Below, one piece after another: positions 37,196-46,449 of a stretch of 49,016 bases of DNA (position 1 is the first letter of the stretch; each line of letters opens with the position of its first letter). The translations under genes and the position numbers were made by a program. The DNA comes from Silvanigrellaceae bacterium. Lineage in GTDB: Bacteria; Bdellovibrionota_B; Oligoflexia; Silvanigrellales; Silvanigrellaceae. Below the pieces are notes generated by a model that had not been told where the DNA came from, made no database searches, and saw only the letters and a list, made by a program, of their open reading frames with translations. Location of the stretch: positions 1 through 49,016 of the forward strand of contig JBMSQQ010000013.1 in the NCBI GenBank assembly GCA_049423385.1. The letters are read 5' to 3'.

Positions 37196-37975
37196 GTGAA
37201 AATACTTGTCCTTGTGAAACACGTTCCGGACACGGAAACCAAGATAAAACTTGCCGCCGGGGGCAAATCCCTGGATGACTCGGAATTCAAATTCATGGTG
37301 AATCCATATGATGAATTCGCAATTGAAGAGGCCGTCCGCACACAAGAAAAAATGACCGGCGAAAGCGTCGTTGTCAGCATGGGGCCATCCCGGGTCCAGG
37401 AGGCCATGCGCAAAGCCATGGCAATGGGCATTGACCGCGGAGTCTGGATCAACACGGAAGGGCATGCCGGCGAACTCGATTCGTTCAGCGTGTCAACAGC
37501 ACTCGCCAAGGTCATCTCTGAAGAGAAGCCCGATGTTGTTTTTCTCGGACAAAAAGCAATTGATGACGATGCTGCTCACGTCGGTCCCATGGTGGCTGAG
37601 CTCTGCTCGATGCCACACATTCAGGTTGTCACAAAAGTCGAGTGGCAGAATGCGGGTCAGTCAGCGCGGGTCGAGCGCGAAGTCGAAGGTGGCATGGTGG
37701 AAGTCTATGACATTCAGTCACCAATGGTTTTGGGGGCCCACAAGAGCCTCAATGAACCACGTTTTCCTCCGCTTCCCGGAATCATGAAGGCCAAAAAGAA
37801 ACCGCTGGCCGAAAAGAAATTGAGCGAACTCTTGAGCGATGCGCCACTGGTCACGGTCAGAGGTTTTGCACTGCCAGCGGACAAGGCTCCCGGCAAGGTG
37901 TTCAAGGGAGAGCCTCTTCCGGAGATGGTTAAAAAGGTTGTTGGACTGCTCCGCAGCGAAGCAAAAGTGATTTGA
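37196..37975 (+). CDS. etfB: Electron transfer flavoprotein beta subunit
   Basis: VKHVPD, NPYDEFAIEEA, GQKAIDDD, NEPRFP; GTG start after GGAGG. Confidence 0.96.
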   Translation: MKILVLVKHVPDTETKIKLAAGGKSLDDSEFKFMVNPYDEFAIEEAVRTQEKMTGESVVVSMGPSRVQEAMRKAMAMGIDRGVWINTEGHAGELDSFSVSTALAKVISEEKPDVVFLGQKAIDDDAAHVGPMVAELCSMPHIQVVTKVEWQNAGQSARVEREVEGGMVEVYDIQSPMVLGAHKSLNEPRFPPLPGIMKAKKKPLAEKKLSELLSDAPLVTVRGFALPADKAPGKVFKGEPLPEMVKKVVGLLRSEAKVI

Positions 37976-38003
37976 GAACCAGAGAGCATTCGGAGAATCT
38001 AAA

Positions 38004-38984
38004 ATGAAAGTTCTTGTTTACGCAGAAGTTCGAAACGGAAAGCTCAAGTCCACGGCCGCCGAACTTCTCACCGAGGCTCGCCGACTGTTGGGTGGAAAAA
38101 CCGACAGCCTCCACGCGGTGCTTTTGGGTGAGGGTTGTGCAGGCCACGCAAAAACATTGGCAACCTATGGTGCATCAAAAGTTTTTGTTGTCGAGTCCTC
38201 AGAGACCAACACGTACCAATGCGAACCACACATCCAGGCATTGAGCCAGCTCATCCAGGCCAACGCTTATCAATTGGTTTTGGGACCAGCATCACCCACC
38301 GGTCGCGACTTTTTCCCTCGCCTGGCCATTCGCCACAAGGCAGGCATGCTCACGGACGTCATTTCGCTTGCCCTTGATGGCGAAAAGGTCATCGCGCGTC
38401 GTCCGATGTATGCCGGAAAATGCATCGCAGAAGTTTGCAGTCAAACGGCACTCACATTCGCAACCTTGCGTCCAAATGTCATTGCAAGCGAGATTCTCAA
38501 TGCATCAGCCGAACCGTCGGTTGAAAAATTTGCGCCCAATCTGAACGCATCTGCGATGAAGTCGAAGATTGTTGAAGTACGGAAGGGTAAATCCGAAAAA
38601 CCCGACCTCACTGAAGCAAGTCTCATCATTTCGGGCGGACGCGCCATGGGGAACGCAGACAACTTCAAGATCCTTCACGAACTTGCGGATGTTGTTGGAG
38701 CTACCGTTGGAGCCTCGCGCGCCGCAGTTGACTCTGGCTATGCGCCGCATGACATGCAGGTCGGACAAACAGGAAAGACGGTCAACCCAAACCTCTACAT
38801 GGCGTTTGGAATCTCGGGCTCAATCCAACACCTCGCAGGAATGAGAACCTCCAAAGTCATCGTTGCCGTGAACACGGATCCCGATGCTCCCATCTTTCAG
38901 AAAGCTGATTATGGAATCGTCGCAGACTTGTTCCAGGCCGTGCCAATCTTCAAGGATGAACTCAAGAAAATCTCGGAACACTGA
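38004..38984 (+). CDS. etfA: Electron transfer flavoprotein alpha subunit
   Basis: SGGRAMG, GASRAAVD, QVGQTGKTV, GISGSIQHLAGM, APIF. Confidence 0.97.
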   Translation: MKVLVYAEVRNGKLKSTAAELLTEARRLLGGKTDSLHAVLLGEGCAGHAKTLATYGASKVFVVESSETNTYQCEPHIQALSQLIQANAYQLVLGPASPTGRDFFPRLAIRHKAGMLTDVISLALDGEKVIARRPMYAGKCIAEVCSQTALTFATLRPNVIASEILNASAEPSVEKFAPNLNASAMKSKIVEVRKGKSEKPDLTEASLIISGGRAMGNADNFKILHELADVVGATVGASRAAVDSGYAPHDMQVGQTGKTVNPNLYMAFGISGSIQHLAGMRTSKVIVAVNTDPDAPIFQKADYGIVADLFQAVPIFKDELKKISEH

Positions 38985-38994
38985 GACCACGTCT

Positions 38995-39696
38995 TCATTT
39001 CGGCGTGCAAGTCGGCTTGTCGATATCGACACCCGGGCTGCATTGCACGCCGGTCAATTCCACACCCTTTGCCCCGACAAACTGAACAAACAAGTCTGAA
39101 GACTCAAATGTCTTGGCAGTGGAATTGCCATCCTCGTAGCATACGGTGTGGACTGTCTCTTGCGTCACCTTGTCGGTGCTCTTCACGCAACGCCAACGCC
39201 AGGCATTTTCACCTGGATTGTCGCTTGCCGTCGCAATTGCCTTGCTTGTCGCTTTTTCAGTGGTGTCGATTTTGATTGTCGCCTTCAACACACCACCCTG
39301 ACCCGCCGCAACCTCTTGTGTAACCCAGTCCGTCATGACGCCGACTTCCGCCGAGCATTTGGCAGAAATCGAGGCCGATCCGACGGGCTGAATTGTAAGA
39401 CAGTTGTTGTTGTCGGTTTTGTTCAGCCAATATTTTATTTTCACTTTCGTGCCGGTCCCGCTCTGGTTTTCAAAGTCGCGAGTGCCAACCGCATTGGGCG
39501 AACCGGTGGTCGCCGGAGAGTTTGGATCACCAACGGGAGCATTCGGATCGATCGCTGGAAGATCACTCGATTGAGGTGTCCCAGTTGCACGCGGCAACAC
39601 TCCCGAGGTGCGCTCAGGTGGATTCACACAACCCGCAAAGCAGCTCAGCACTCCAATCCAAATCAAATTCTTTTGAAGAGACAATTTACCTGGCAT
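38995..39696 (-). CDS. Cys-rich lipoprotein of unknown function
   Basis: Lipobox FAGC, Pro/Thr linker, beta-rich domain with 6 further Cys; overlaps the upstream gene by 11 nt. Confidence 0.75.
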   Translation of the reverse strand: MPGKLSLQKNLIWIGVLSCFAGCVNPPERTSGVLPRATGTPQSSDLPAIDPNAPVGDPNSPATTGSPNAVGTRDFENQSGTGTKVKIKYWLNKTDNNNCLTIQPVGSASISAKCSAEVGVMTDWVTQEVAAGQGGVLKATIKIDTTEKATSKAIATASDNPGENAWRWRCVKSTDKVTQETVHTVCYEDGNSTAKTFESSDLFVQFVGAKGVELTGVQCSPGVDIDKPTCTPK

Positions 39697-40525
39697 TGAG
39701 TTGTGCTCCCTTTTTGTCTTTGGATGTCAGCTTTGCCAATCTTTGTTTCTGCATAATATCTTCAAGCAAATTAACGAGACAATCATGTTGCATGGGAGTG
39801 AGATGCTCGATCGAACATCCGACGGACTGTCCGCGGATAGAGAGTCGTCGAACCCTCAAGGCCAGTTTCAGAAAGTCGCCATACTGTGGATGGAATATCC
39901 CAAAATTGAAAAGCGGCAGTTTGATCCTCAGTTGCTCTTCCCGTCGAAAACCCAAATTCTCGGTAAAGCTCAGCCCGCAGCCAACAAGGCTCAAATCATC
40001 CAGTAACCCATCGTATTCCTTCAGCGAATCAACACTCACAACTTTCACAGGAACATCAACCGTGAATCGTTTTGCAGCGCGCCCTTCGACAGATGCAACC
40101 TTCTGCAATTTCTTGAACAATTCGGTTGGATCGGGAGGAGAGGAAACATAATCATCCATCTCTTCGTACAAGGACATCTTTTCTCGATACGCGGCGATCA
40201 ACTCCTGTTCATTTTTGGTGACAAAAATAACAGTGACCTTCTTTCTCTCTTTCAACTTGATGGCAACATCAACCATCTCGGCTTCAGTCCCGAACACGGA
40301 GTGATGGATCAGGACAACCTCAATATTTTTAACATTGAGAACCTTGAGCCCCTCCGTTGGTTCCTCCAGGCGAATCACAGAGTATCCTGCAAGACCGTGT
40401 TCAACGGCCTTCAGGATCAACTTTGATTCAATCTCGGACATCAAGCGGGCGCGCTGAAGCAACAAAACATATCGTTTTGTTCCAACACTCGATGACATTT
40501 TGTTTAAAAACTGGGCCGATTCCAT
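39686..40525 (-). CDS. Pseudo-receiver (REC-like) plus PilZ-domain protein
   Basis: REC-like alpha/beta pattern (VIFVT, DDYVSSP) with His at the phospho-Asp position; RAAKR and DLSLVG PilZ motifs. Confidence 0.75.
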   Translation of the reverse strand: MESAQFLNKMSSSVGTKRYVLLLQRARLMSEIESKLILKAVEHGLAGYSVIRLEEPTEGLKVLNVKNIEVVLIHHSVFGTEAEMVDVAIKLKERKKVTVIFVTKNEQELIAAYREKMSLYEEMDDYVSSPPDPTELFKKLQKVASVEGRAAKRFTVDVPVKVVSVDSLKEYDGLLDDLSLVGCGLSFTENLGFRREEQLRIKLPLFNFGIFHPQYGDFLKLALRVRRLSIRGQSVGCSIEHLTPMQHDCLVNLLEDIMQKQRLAKLTSKDKKGAQLNAR

Positions 40526-40662
40526 GAATCACCATCCCTCTCAGGGAGAGTATATTTAAAGGCATTGCTCCAATCCGCTGCACGAAATGCCGCATCGCTG
40601 CTCCGCCAGAAGATCAGCTTGAGGGTGCAAAATTTGCTGCGAATGAAGCGTGGAATACGGTT

Positions 40663-43392
40663 TCAATTGGCGCTTCTGCCCAACGTCAATCCGAAAGATG
40701 TTCGGCCCGGCTCTGCCAAAGCCCTGGCAACCTCAATGCCCAAAGCCTGATCCTTGGCCCCAAACAGAGCGCCGAACAATCGAATTCCGGCCAAAATCGC
40801 TTGGGCAGTTCTCGTTTTCACATTTCCTCGTTTCTGCGCCTGAAGGTCATCAAATGCCACCACGTGCGCCGAATAAAATGTGATGTGTTGAAATAAAATT
40901 GAACTGGCCACAGAGGCATTCAGGTTCTGCGCCAGGGTGTTCCTCAATTCCGACCTCATCACGAGATATTCCTGGGACTTGAAACTTCCGGCAGGCCAAC
41001 CAGGCACAGACCTCAATCCGACATCAATTGGGTTTTCAATCAGCCCGTAGTTGAACGATTCCGACCAGGTCAATCGGGGAGCCAATGGCAGCGAGGTTGA
41101 AAACAGCCACTCCTGTTCGGGTTCCGACATTGTTTGCTTCAACGCAGTCAGGGTCAAAGGTCGACGCAACCAGATTTTCAGTCCCGTTCCTTCGGGATAC
41201 AAAATACTGCCCGCACCCTTGTCGATGGCATATGAAACACTCAAAAAAGAGGGTGGCGCTTCTTCCAGCTGGGTCGTGGATGAAACTGCGATCGTTGTTC
41301 TTGCCTCTTTGATAATCGACGGGATGTTGCTCGATATCGTCAGATCCAGAAAGTTTTTTTCATACTCGCGTCGCCATCCAAGTTGCAACGTTCGATTCCA
41401 TAAGTCACCGACCTGCAATGTTTGAAATTGGCTTCGGAGAGTCACGTCGGAACGCCTTGAATCATAATTCAACGCAAGTGCCTGGACCACGGTTTTTATC
41501 GGACGCGGATAGACCAACCTGTCTGCGGCGACTGCCCTGTTTGGTGACATGACTTCCACGGAGGAGAAACGTTTGTTCAACTCTTCAAGTGACTCCAAAG
41601 AAGGTTCGGGATAACGAACCTCCTTCAAAGCTTCATTGTCCTTGTCCACAACAGAGAGTTGCAAAGTGTCGCGTGCGGGTACCGCATCCTTGAAAAGGAA
41701 GAACTCGGTTGTAGGTGAGGGTCGGACAACCGCCCGAGAAAGTTTCAGCCTCTTTTTTTCACTTTCCTGAATTTCAATTTTTTCTTGGGATACCCATGTC
41801 GGAAGAATCCCGGCATCCATCGGTACGATGCAAGTTTTCTGTGCCTGCGTCGAAGTCAGAAACTCCGCAAATTCTGCAGCAGACTGGGTGGCAAGCTGCA
41901 CCAACCTTGCACGCTGCCGAGCCTGGTTGCGTACATCCTCATCCGCACATGCATTCATTCTCTCGAGCAGTTCTGAACCCTTCATGGGAGAAATGAAATC
42001 CTGGAGTGTGCTGTAATCGAGCCGGCTGCCGGTCTCTTCACCACCAACAAAAACTGCATTGTTCACAAACGCATTTCCTTGTTGCACCGCGCGAAAAAAC
42101 GGAAGAAAGGAAAACCTGTCGGATAAATTCTTCAGAAAAGACAAGCGCGGAAATGCGTCCTGCAGCCAAAGTTCGGCAAGAATACGCGCGACAAATTCGT
42201 TTTGGCGGAACTTTTTCCATGACTCTGGCCTCTTCTCGTCGCCACCGGACAACACATGACGGGCAAATGAACGAGCAAGCGCGCGAAAAAGTGCTGCCGA
42301 ATGATAATCACTGAGTATGGGAGTCACTTTGCCAAATGAACCATGAAGTTGAATTTCGCCCGCCTGTTCGGTGACAAGCTGCTCGATTGTGATTTCCTTC
42401 ATCAGAGTGATTCGCCATGAATTCTCTTTGGACTCCCCATCCGCAACAAGTGCTCTGCTGAGGAGGGTGTTGAAGATCTCAAGCGTGTCTCGCAATTCAT
42501 CGTGGTTCGACACTGTGCCCAGGCGAGACCTCGATTCATCTAATGAGAACTTGCTCAATTCAAACTTTGACTCAGGGGGTGTTCGTCTAAAATGTATGGG
42601 AGGCGGCAGACCGTGGAATACGATATTGGTTTTTCCTTTCGCATCGGGCACAGCACATCGATTGCAATACACGCCCGATGGATTCCTCGAATTGAGCAGA
42701 GAAAGCTGGGTGAATACGGGTGCCGACTGCCAGACTGGATAGACAGGTCCGGAGAACGTGGCATCCCCATCCGCAAACTGTGCGAAGTTTCCGTTCCCCA
42801 ATCGAGGATGAAACTCAAACCTGATGACGACAAAGCGACACAAATTACGGCGTTCACTTGATTTGTGTCGAGGCTCCGATGTCTTGTGCCTGATGAGCAA
42901 AATTCGTTCATTGTCTTGAAATTCGAAATCAACGTCCTTCAGTGAACCTATTTGATACCGCTGGGCGAGGTCCCGAGGTGTGGCAGGACACGCAGAGGGC
43001 AATTCCGAAGCCTTGACTCCCTTGATGAGGAGGGCGCCCAGCCCTTCATCAGCAAATGGCCATTCAAATCCGGAAGCATCCGAAACGAACTCGCGTTGCT
43101 CGCGACTGATGCCACCGTCCGTGCCCGGCGCCACCAGGTCGCGGTTGGGCAACAACCAAAATGAATCGGTTTGAGGGCCGGTCGCCTGGACAGACTGCGG
43201 AAGCGAATAGATGACCTCGCCGTCCAAGGTCTTTCTGTCACCGTTCCAGGCGAGCTCGCCATTTGCCATTGCGGCAGCTTCGGCCCTTCCCGCGAAAAGC
43301 GCCTGGCACACAAAAATCCCAACAAAATTGAGAAGGCAAACCAAAGCCACGGATTTGCAATTTGACCACAGACGCAGCAATCGCGTATCCAT
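40663..43392 (-). CDS. Large exported/outer-membrane protein (~909 aa): degenerate M1-peptidase-like region plus C-terminal beta-barrel
   Basis: Signal peptide ending AEA-A; C-terminal third has alternating beta strands; start taken as ATG 43392 to avoid overlapping scpB. Confidence 0.7.
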   Translation of the reverse strand: MDTRLLRLWSNCKSVALVCLLNFVGIFVCQALFAGRAEAAAMANGELAWNGDRKTLDGEVIYSLPQSVQATGPQTDSFWLLPNRDLVAPGTDGGISREQREFVSDASGFEWPFADEGLGALLIKGVKASELPSACPATPRDLAQRYQIGSLKDVDFEFQDNERILLIRHKTSEPRHKSSERRNLCRFVVIRFEFHPRLGNGNFAQFADGDATFSGPVYPVWQSAPVFTQLSLLNSRNPSGVYCNRCAVPDAKGKTNIVFHGLPPPIHFRRTPPESKFELSKFSLDESRSRLGTVSNHDELRDTLEIFNTLLSRALVADGESKENSWRITLMKEITIEQLVTEQAGEIQLHGSFGKVTPILSDYHSAALFRALARSFARHVLSGGDEKRPESWKKFRQNEFVARILAELWLQDAFPRLSFLKNLSDRFSFLPFFRAVQQGNAFVNNAVFVGGEETGSRLDYSTLQDFISPMKGSELLERMNACADEDVRNQARQRARLVQLATQSAAEFAEFLTSTQAQKTCIVPMDAGILPTWVSQEKIEIQESEKKRLKLSRAVVRPSPTTEFFLFKDAVPARDTLQLSVVDKDNEALKEVRYPEPSLESLEELNKRFSSVEVMSPNRAVAADRLVYPRPIKTVVQALALNYDSRRSDVTLRSQFQTLQVGDLWNRTLQLGWRREYEKNFLDLTISSNIPSIIKEARTTIAVSSTTQLEEAPPSFLSVSYAIDKGAGSILYPEGTGLKIWLRRPLTLTALKQTMSEPEQEWLFSTSLPLAPRLTWSESFNYGLIENPIDVGLRSVPGWPAGSFKSQEYLVMRSELRNTLAQNLNASVASSILFQHITFYSAHVVAFDDLQAQKRGNVKTRTAQAILAGIRLFGALFGAKDQALGIEVARALAEPGRTSFGLTLGRSAN

Positions 43393-43421
43393 ATTTCCAA
43401 TCTTTCGAAGCTGAGGTCGGC

Positions 43422-44354
43422 ATGGAGTTTTTGAACGACGAAGAAGTGTCTCGCACCCTTGAGGGCGCATCAAGCATTTCACCCTTTGAGGAGTTAAAAA
43501 AACAGGTTGAGGCAATCCTGTTTGCAGCCGAAGCTGCCATGGAAGTTAGCGAAATTAGAAACATTATCGGAGAAGTCTCGCTGTCCGACGTCCGACTTGC
43601 ACTGCGCGATCTTATGGCCGATTATGCACCAAGAGCCTTTTTTCTCTTCGAATGCGGTGGAAAGTACCAACTGAGAACCCGCCCCGAATTCTCGGAGCTC
43701 GTCAGAAAGCAGTTTGCGAGCAAGCCCCGCTCACTTTCAAAGTCAGCCCTCGAAACGCTCGCAATTGTAGCCTATCGCCAACCCGTGACCCGCAGCGAAG
43801 TCAACACGATCCGACAGGTCGACTCCTCATCCATCATGACCGCGCTCAAGGAGAAAGATCTCATTGCCGTTGCCGGAATCCGCAAGGAGGTTGGCAGCCC
43901 AATGGAATACAAGACAACACAAAGGTTTCTGGAAACCTTTGGCCTTAAAAATCTGGCAGACCTGCCAACCCTCCGCTCTCTGCAGATGAAGCCGGAAGAC
44001 CAGGAACAGATGGCGCACGCCTTGGCCACCCTGAACGGTGAGGCCGAGGAGGAACCCGAACTCACGGCACAGGATTTGTCATTCGATGACCCCATCGTGA
44101 TGTCGAGCGAATCTGGTTCCGAATCCGGGTCCGAATCCGGGTCCGAATCCGGGTCCGAATCCGAGCCTGAAGCCGCGGCCGAGCCGGGGTCGCTCCTTGA
44201 GGCTGGGACCTCGGAGGCTGAGCAAGTTTTCCACGCTAGCTTGCAGGATTTTCCGGAGGTTCAGGAAGGGGCCGATTTGAGCCTACCGCCCCCCCCTGCC
44301 CAGGACGATTCACCCACCGCCGAAGACTTGCCTTTTCGAACAATCGGTGATTAA
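43422..44354 (+). CDS. scpB: SMC-Scp complex subunit ScpB with long acidic tail
   Basis: VEAILFAA, YQLRT, LSKSALETLAIVAYRQPVTRSEV, YKTTQRFLETFGLKNLADLP. Confidence 0.95.
   Translation: MEFLNDEEVSRTLEGASSISPFEELKKQVEAILFAAEAAMEVSEIRNIIGEVSLSDVRLALRDLMADYAPRAFFLFECGGKYQLRTRPEFSELVRKQFASKPRSLSKSALETLAIVAYRQPVTRSEVNTIRQVDSSSIMTALKEKDLIAVAGIRKEVGSPMEYKTTQRFLETFGLKNLADLPTLRSLQMKPEDQEQMAHALATLNGEAEEEPELTAQDLSFDDPIVMSSESGSESGSESGSESGSESEPEAAAEPGSLLEAGTSEAEQVFHASLQDFPEVQEGADLSLPPPPAQDDSPTAEDLPFRTIGD
44106..44162 (+). repeat. 12-bp tandem repeat (TCCGAATCCGGG, ~4.75 copies) encoding SESG
   Basis: Three exact copies, one degenerate copy and one partial copy. Confidence 0.9.
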
Positions 44355-44372
44355 GCCAACCATCTAGGTTTT

Positions 44373-44459
44373 CACATCTCAGCGGAACCTATGCCGGTGG
44401 CAGTTTTATGCCTGGATCCGCTCGGGGTTACACCACATAACCGGCATGGAGAATTTATC
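44373..44459 (+). promoter_or_regulatory. Putative rpsB (S2) autoregulatory leader
   Basis: ATGCCGGT/ACCGGCAT stem ending at the SD, internal GGGGT, extra AGCGGA/TCCGCT pairing. Confidence 0.55.
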
Positions 44460-45266
44460 ATGGCAGTTGACGTTCAACTGAAAGACCTGCTCGACGCAGG
44501 CGTGCACTTTGGTCACCAGGTTCGTCGTTGGAATCCCAAGATGCGTCCGTTCATCTACGGCGAGCGCAACGGCATCCACATCATCGACCTCCAGAAGACA
44601 CAGAAGCTTTTCAAAAACGCGCTCAGCGCGATTGAAAACACCGTTGCTGAAGGCGGCAATGTGCTTTTCGTTGCAACCAAGAAACAAGCTCAAGACATTA
44701 TCAAGGAAGAATCCGACCGCGCTGGAATCTTCCACGTTCATCACCGTTGGCTCGGTGGCATGCTGACCAACTTCACAACCGTGAAGGCCAGCATCACCAA
44801 GCTCAAGAAGATTGAGAAGATGTCAACTGACGGCACTTACGAATCAATCACAAAGAAGGAAGTCGCCCTCAAGGAACGCCTCCGCGTGAAGCTCGACCGT
44901 TCGCTGGGCGGCATCAAGAACATGAACGGCCTGCCTTCCATCATGGTCGTCATCGACGCCAAGAAAGAAGCGACTGCCATTGCAGAAGCCAACCGTCTCG
45001 GCATTCCGGTTGTAGCCATCACGGACACGAACTCCGATCCTTCCAATGTGGATTTCGTGATTCCTGGAAACGACGACAGCCTCAAGGCCATCAAGCTTTA
45101 CGCAACCTTGGTTGCTGATGCTACCATCGCTGGCAAGCAACGCCGCAAGTCCGACCTCGTGCGTGAAGACAGCGCCATCAGTGGCGACACTGGCCGTGCA
45201 GGAGTCAAGGTGAAACGCCTGCGCTCGCGCGACGGTGAAGATGACGGAGAAGGCGCTGCAAACTAA
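44460..45266 (+). CDS. rpsB: 30S ribosomal protein S2
   Basis: LLDAGVHFGHQ..RWNPKM, RWLGGMLTNF, DTNSDP, IPGNDD. Confidence 0.99.
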   Translation: MAVDVQLKDLLDAGVHFGHQVRRWNPKMRPFIYGERNGIHIIDLQKTQKLFKNALSAIENTVAEGGNVLFVATKKQAQDIIKEESDRAGIFHVHHRWLGGMLTNFTTVKASITKLKKIEKMSTDGTYESITKKEVALKERLRVKLDRSLGGIKNMNGLPSIMVVIDAKKEATAIAEANRLGIPVVAITDTNSDPSNVDFVIPGNDDSLKAIKLYATLVADATIAGKQRRKSDLVREDSAISGDTGRAGVKVKRLRSRDGEDDGEGAAN

Positions 45267-45340
45267 GCAGCGCCCTTACCGAAAACTTCTTCAGGCTACT
45301 TTTCCAACGAATTTTAGAATGAATCAGGAGAACAACAAAA

Positions 45341-46291
45341 ATGGCAGCAGTGACAGCTCAAATGGTGAAGGAACTCCGCGAAGCAACCGGCGCAGGAATG
45401 ACTGACTGCAAGAAAGCTCTCGACGAAGCTCAAGGCGATATGGATGCAGCTCTCAAAGTTCTGCGTGAGCGCGGACTGGCTGCAGCTGCAAAGAAATCAT
45501 CTCGCGCCGCGAGCGAGGGCGTTGTTTCGGCAGTCATCACAAACGACCTCGGCAAGGGATACCTTGTAGAAGTCAACTGCGAAACCGACTTCGTGACCCG
45601 CAATGAAGAATTCCAAGCATTCGTTGTAAACCTGCAAACGATCATCCTCAACAGCAATCCCGCCACACTCGAAGCCCTGACCGCTGCCGGTTATGTTACG
45701 GGTGGCTCTGTTGCTGAAGCAACGACAAACCTGGTTGCCAAGATTGGCGAGAACATCACTGTGCGTCGTTACGCGACTCTGGGTGAAGGCAAGAATCTTG
45801 TTGCATCCTATGTTCACGGCGGTGGCAAGGTTGGCGTTCTGGTTGAACTCACGGCAGAGGGTCTGACAAGTGCACAACGCAGCAATCCTGCCCTCAGCGA
45901 AATTGCCAAGGACGTTGCTCTGCAAGTGGCGGCAATGAAGCCCCTCTACACAAACCGCGAAGCAGTTCCTGCCGACATCGTGAAGTCGGAAAGCGAAGTG
46001 TTCTGGACCCAGTACAAGAATCAAGGCAAGCCCGAAGCAGCTCTGCCAAAGATTGTTTCCAGCCGTATGGAAACATGGCACAAGGAAAACTGCCTGACCG
46101 AACAAATGTTCGTTAAGGACGACAGCAAAACAGTTTCGGCTTACGTTGCAGACGCTGGAAAGCAAGCCGGTGTTGCTGGCCTCAAGGTTGCAAACTTTGT
46201 GCGTTTGGAACTGGGCCAGGGCGTCGAGAAGAAGTCGGGAGACTTCGCAGCTGAAGTCGCTCAGCAAATTGCTGCAAGCAGCAAGAACTGA
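45341..46291 (+). CDS. tsf: Elongation factor Ts
   Basis: VKELREATGAGMTDCKKAL, EVNCETDFV, KIGENI. Confidence 0.99.
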   Translation: MAAVTAQMVKELREATGAGMTDCKKALDEAQGDMDAALKVLRERGLAAAAKKSSRAASEGVVSAVITNDLGKGYLVEVNCETDFVTRNEEFQAFVVNLQTIILNSNPATLEALTAAGYVTGGSVAEATTNLVAKIGENITVRRYATLGEGKNLVASYVHGGGKVGVLVELTAEGLTSAQRSNPALSEIAKDVALQVAAMKPLYTNREAVPADIVKSESEVFWTQYKNQGKPEAALPKIVSSRMETWHKENCLTEQMFVKDDSKTVSAYVADAGKQAGVAGLKVANFVRLELGQGVEKKSGDFAAEVAQQIAASSKN

Positions 46292-46348
46292 GACTCGCCG
46301 CTGTGCCCTTGTTGAAAGGGACACAATGCGTCTCAAGTGAGACACAAG

Positions 46349-46390
46349 AAAACCGCCCTCAGGCTGACGTCTGAGGGCGGTTTTTGTTTT
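46349..46390 (+). terminator. Intrinsic terminator after tsf
   Basis: AAAACCGCCCTCAG...CTGAGGGCGGTTTT stem followed by a T tract. Confidence 0.9.
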
Positions 46391-46449
46391 TCCCCCTGAT
46401 GGGATAAAATCGAGAAATCAAAAACGACAACCATCAGGAAGCAGCAGTC

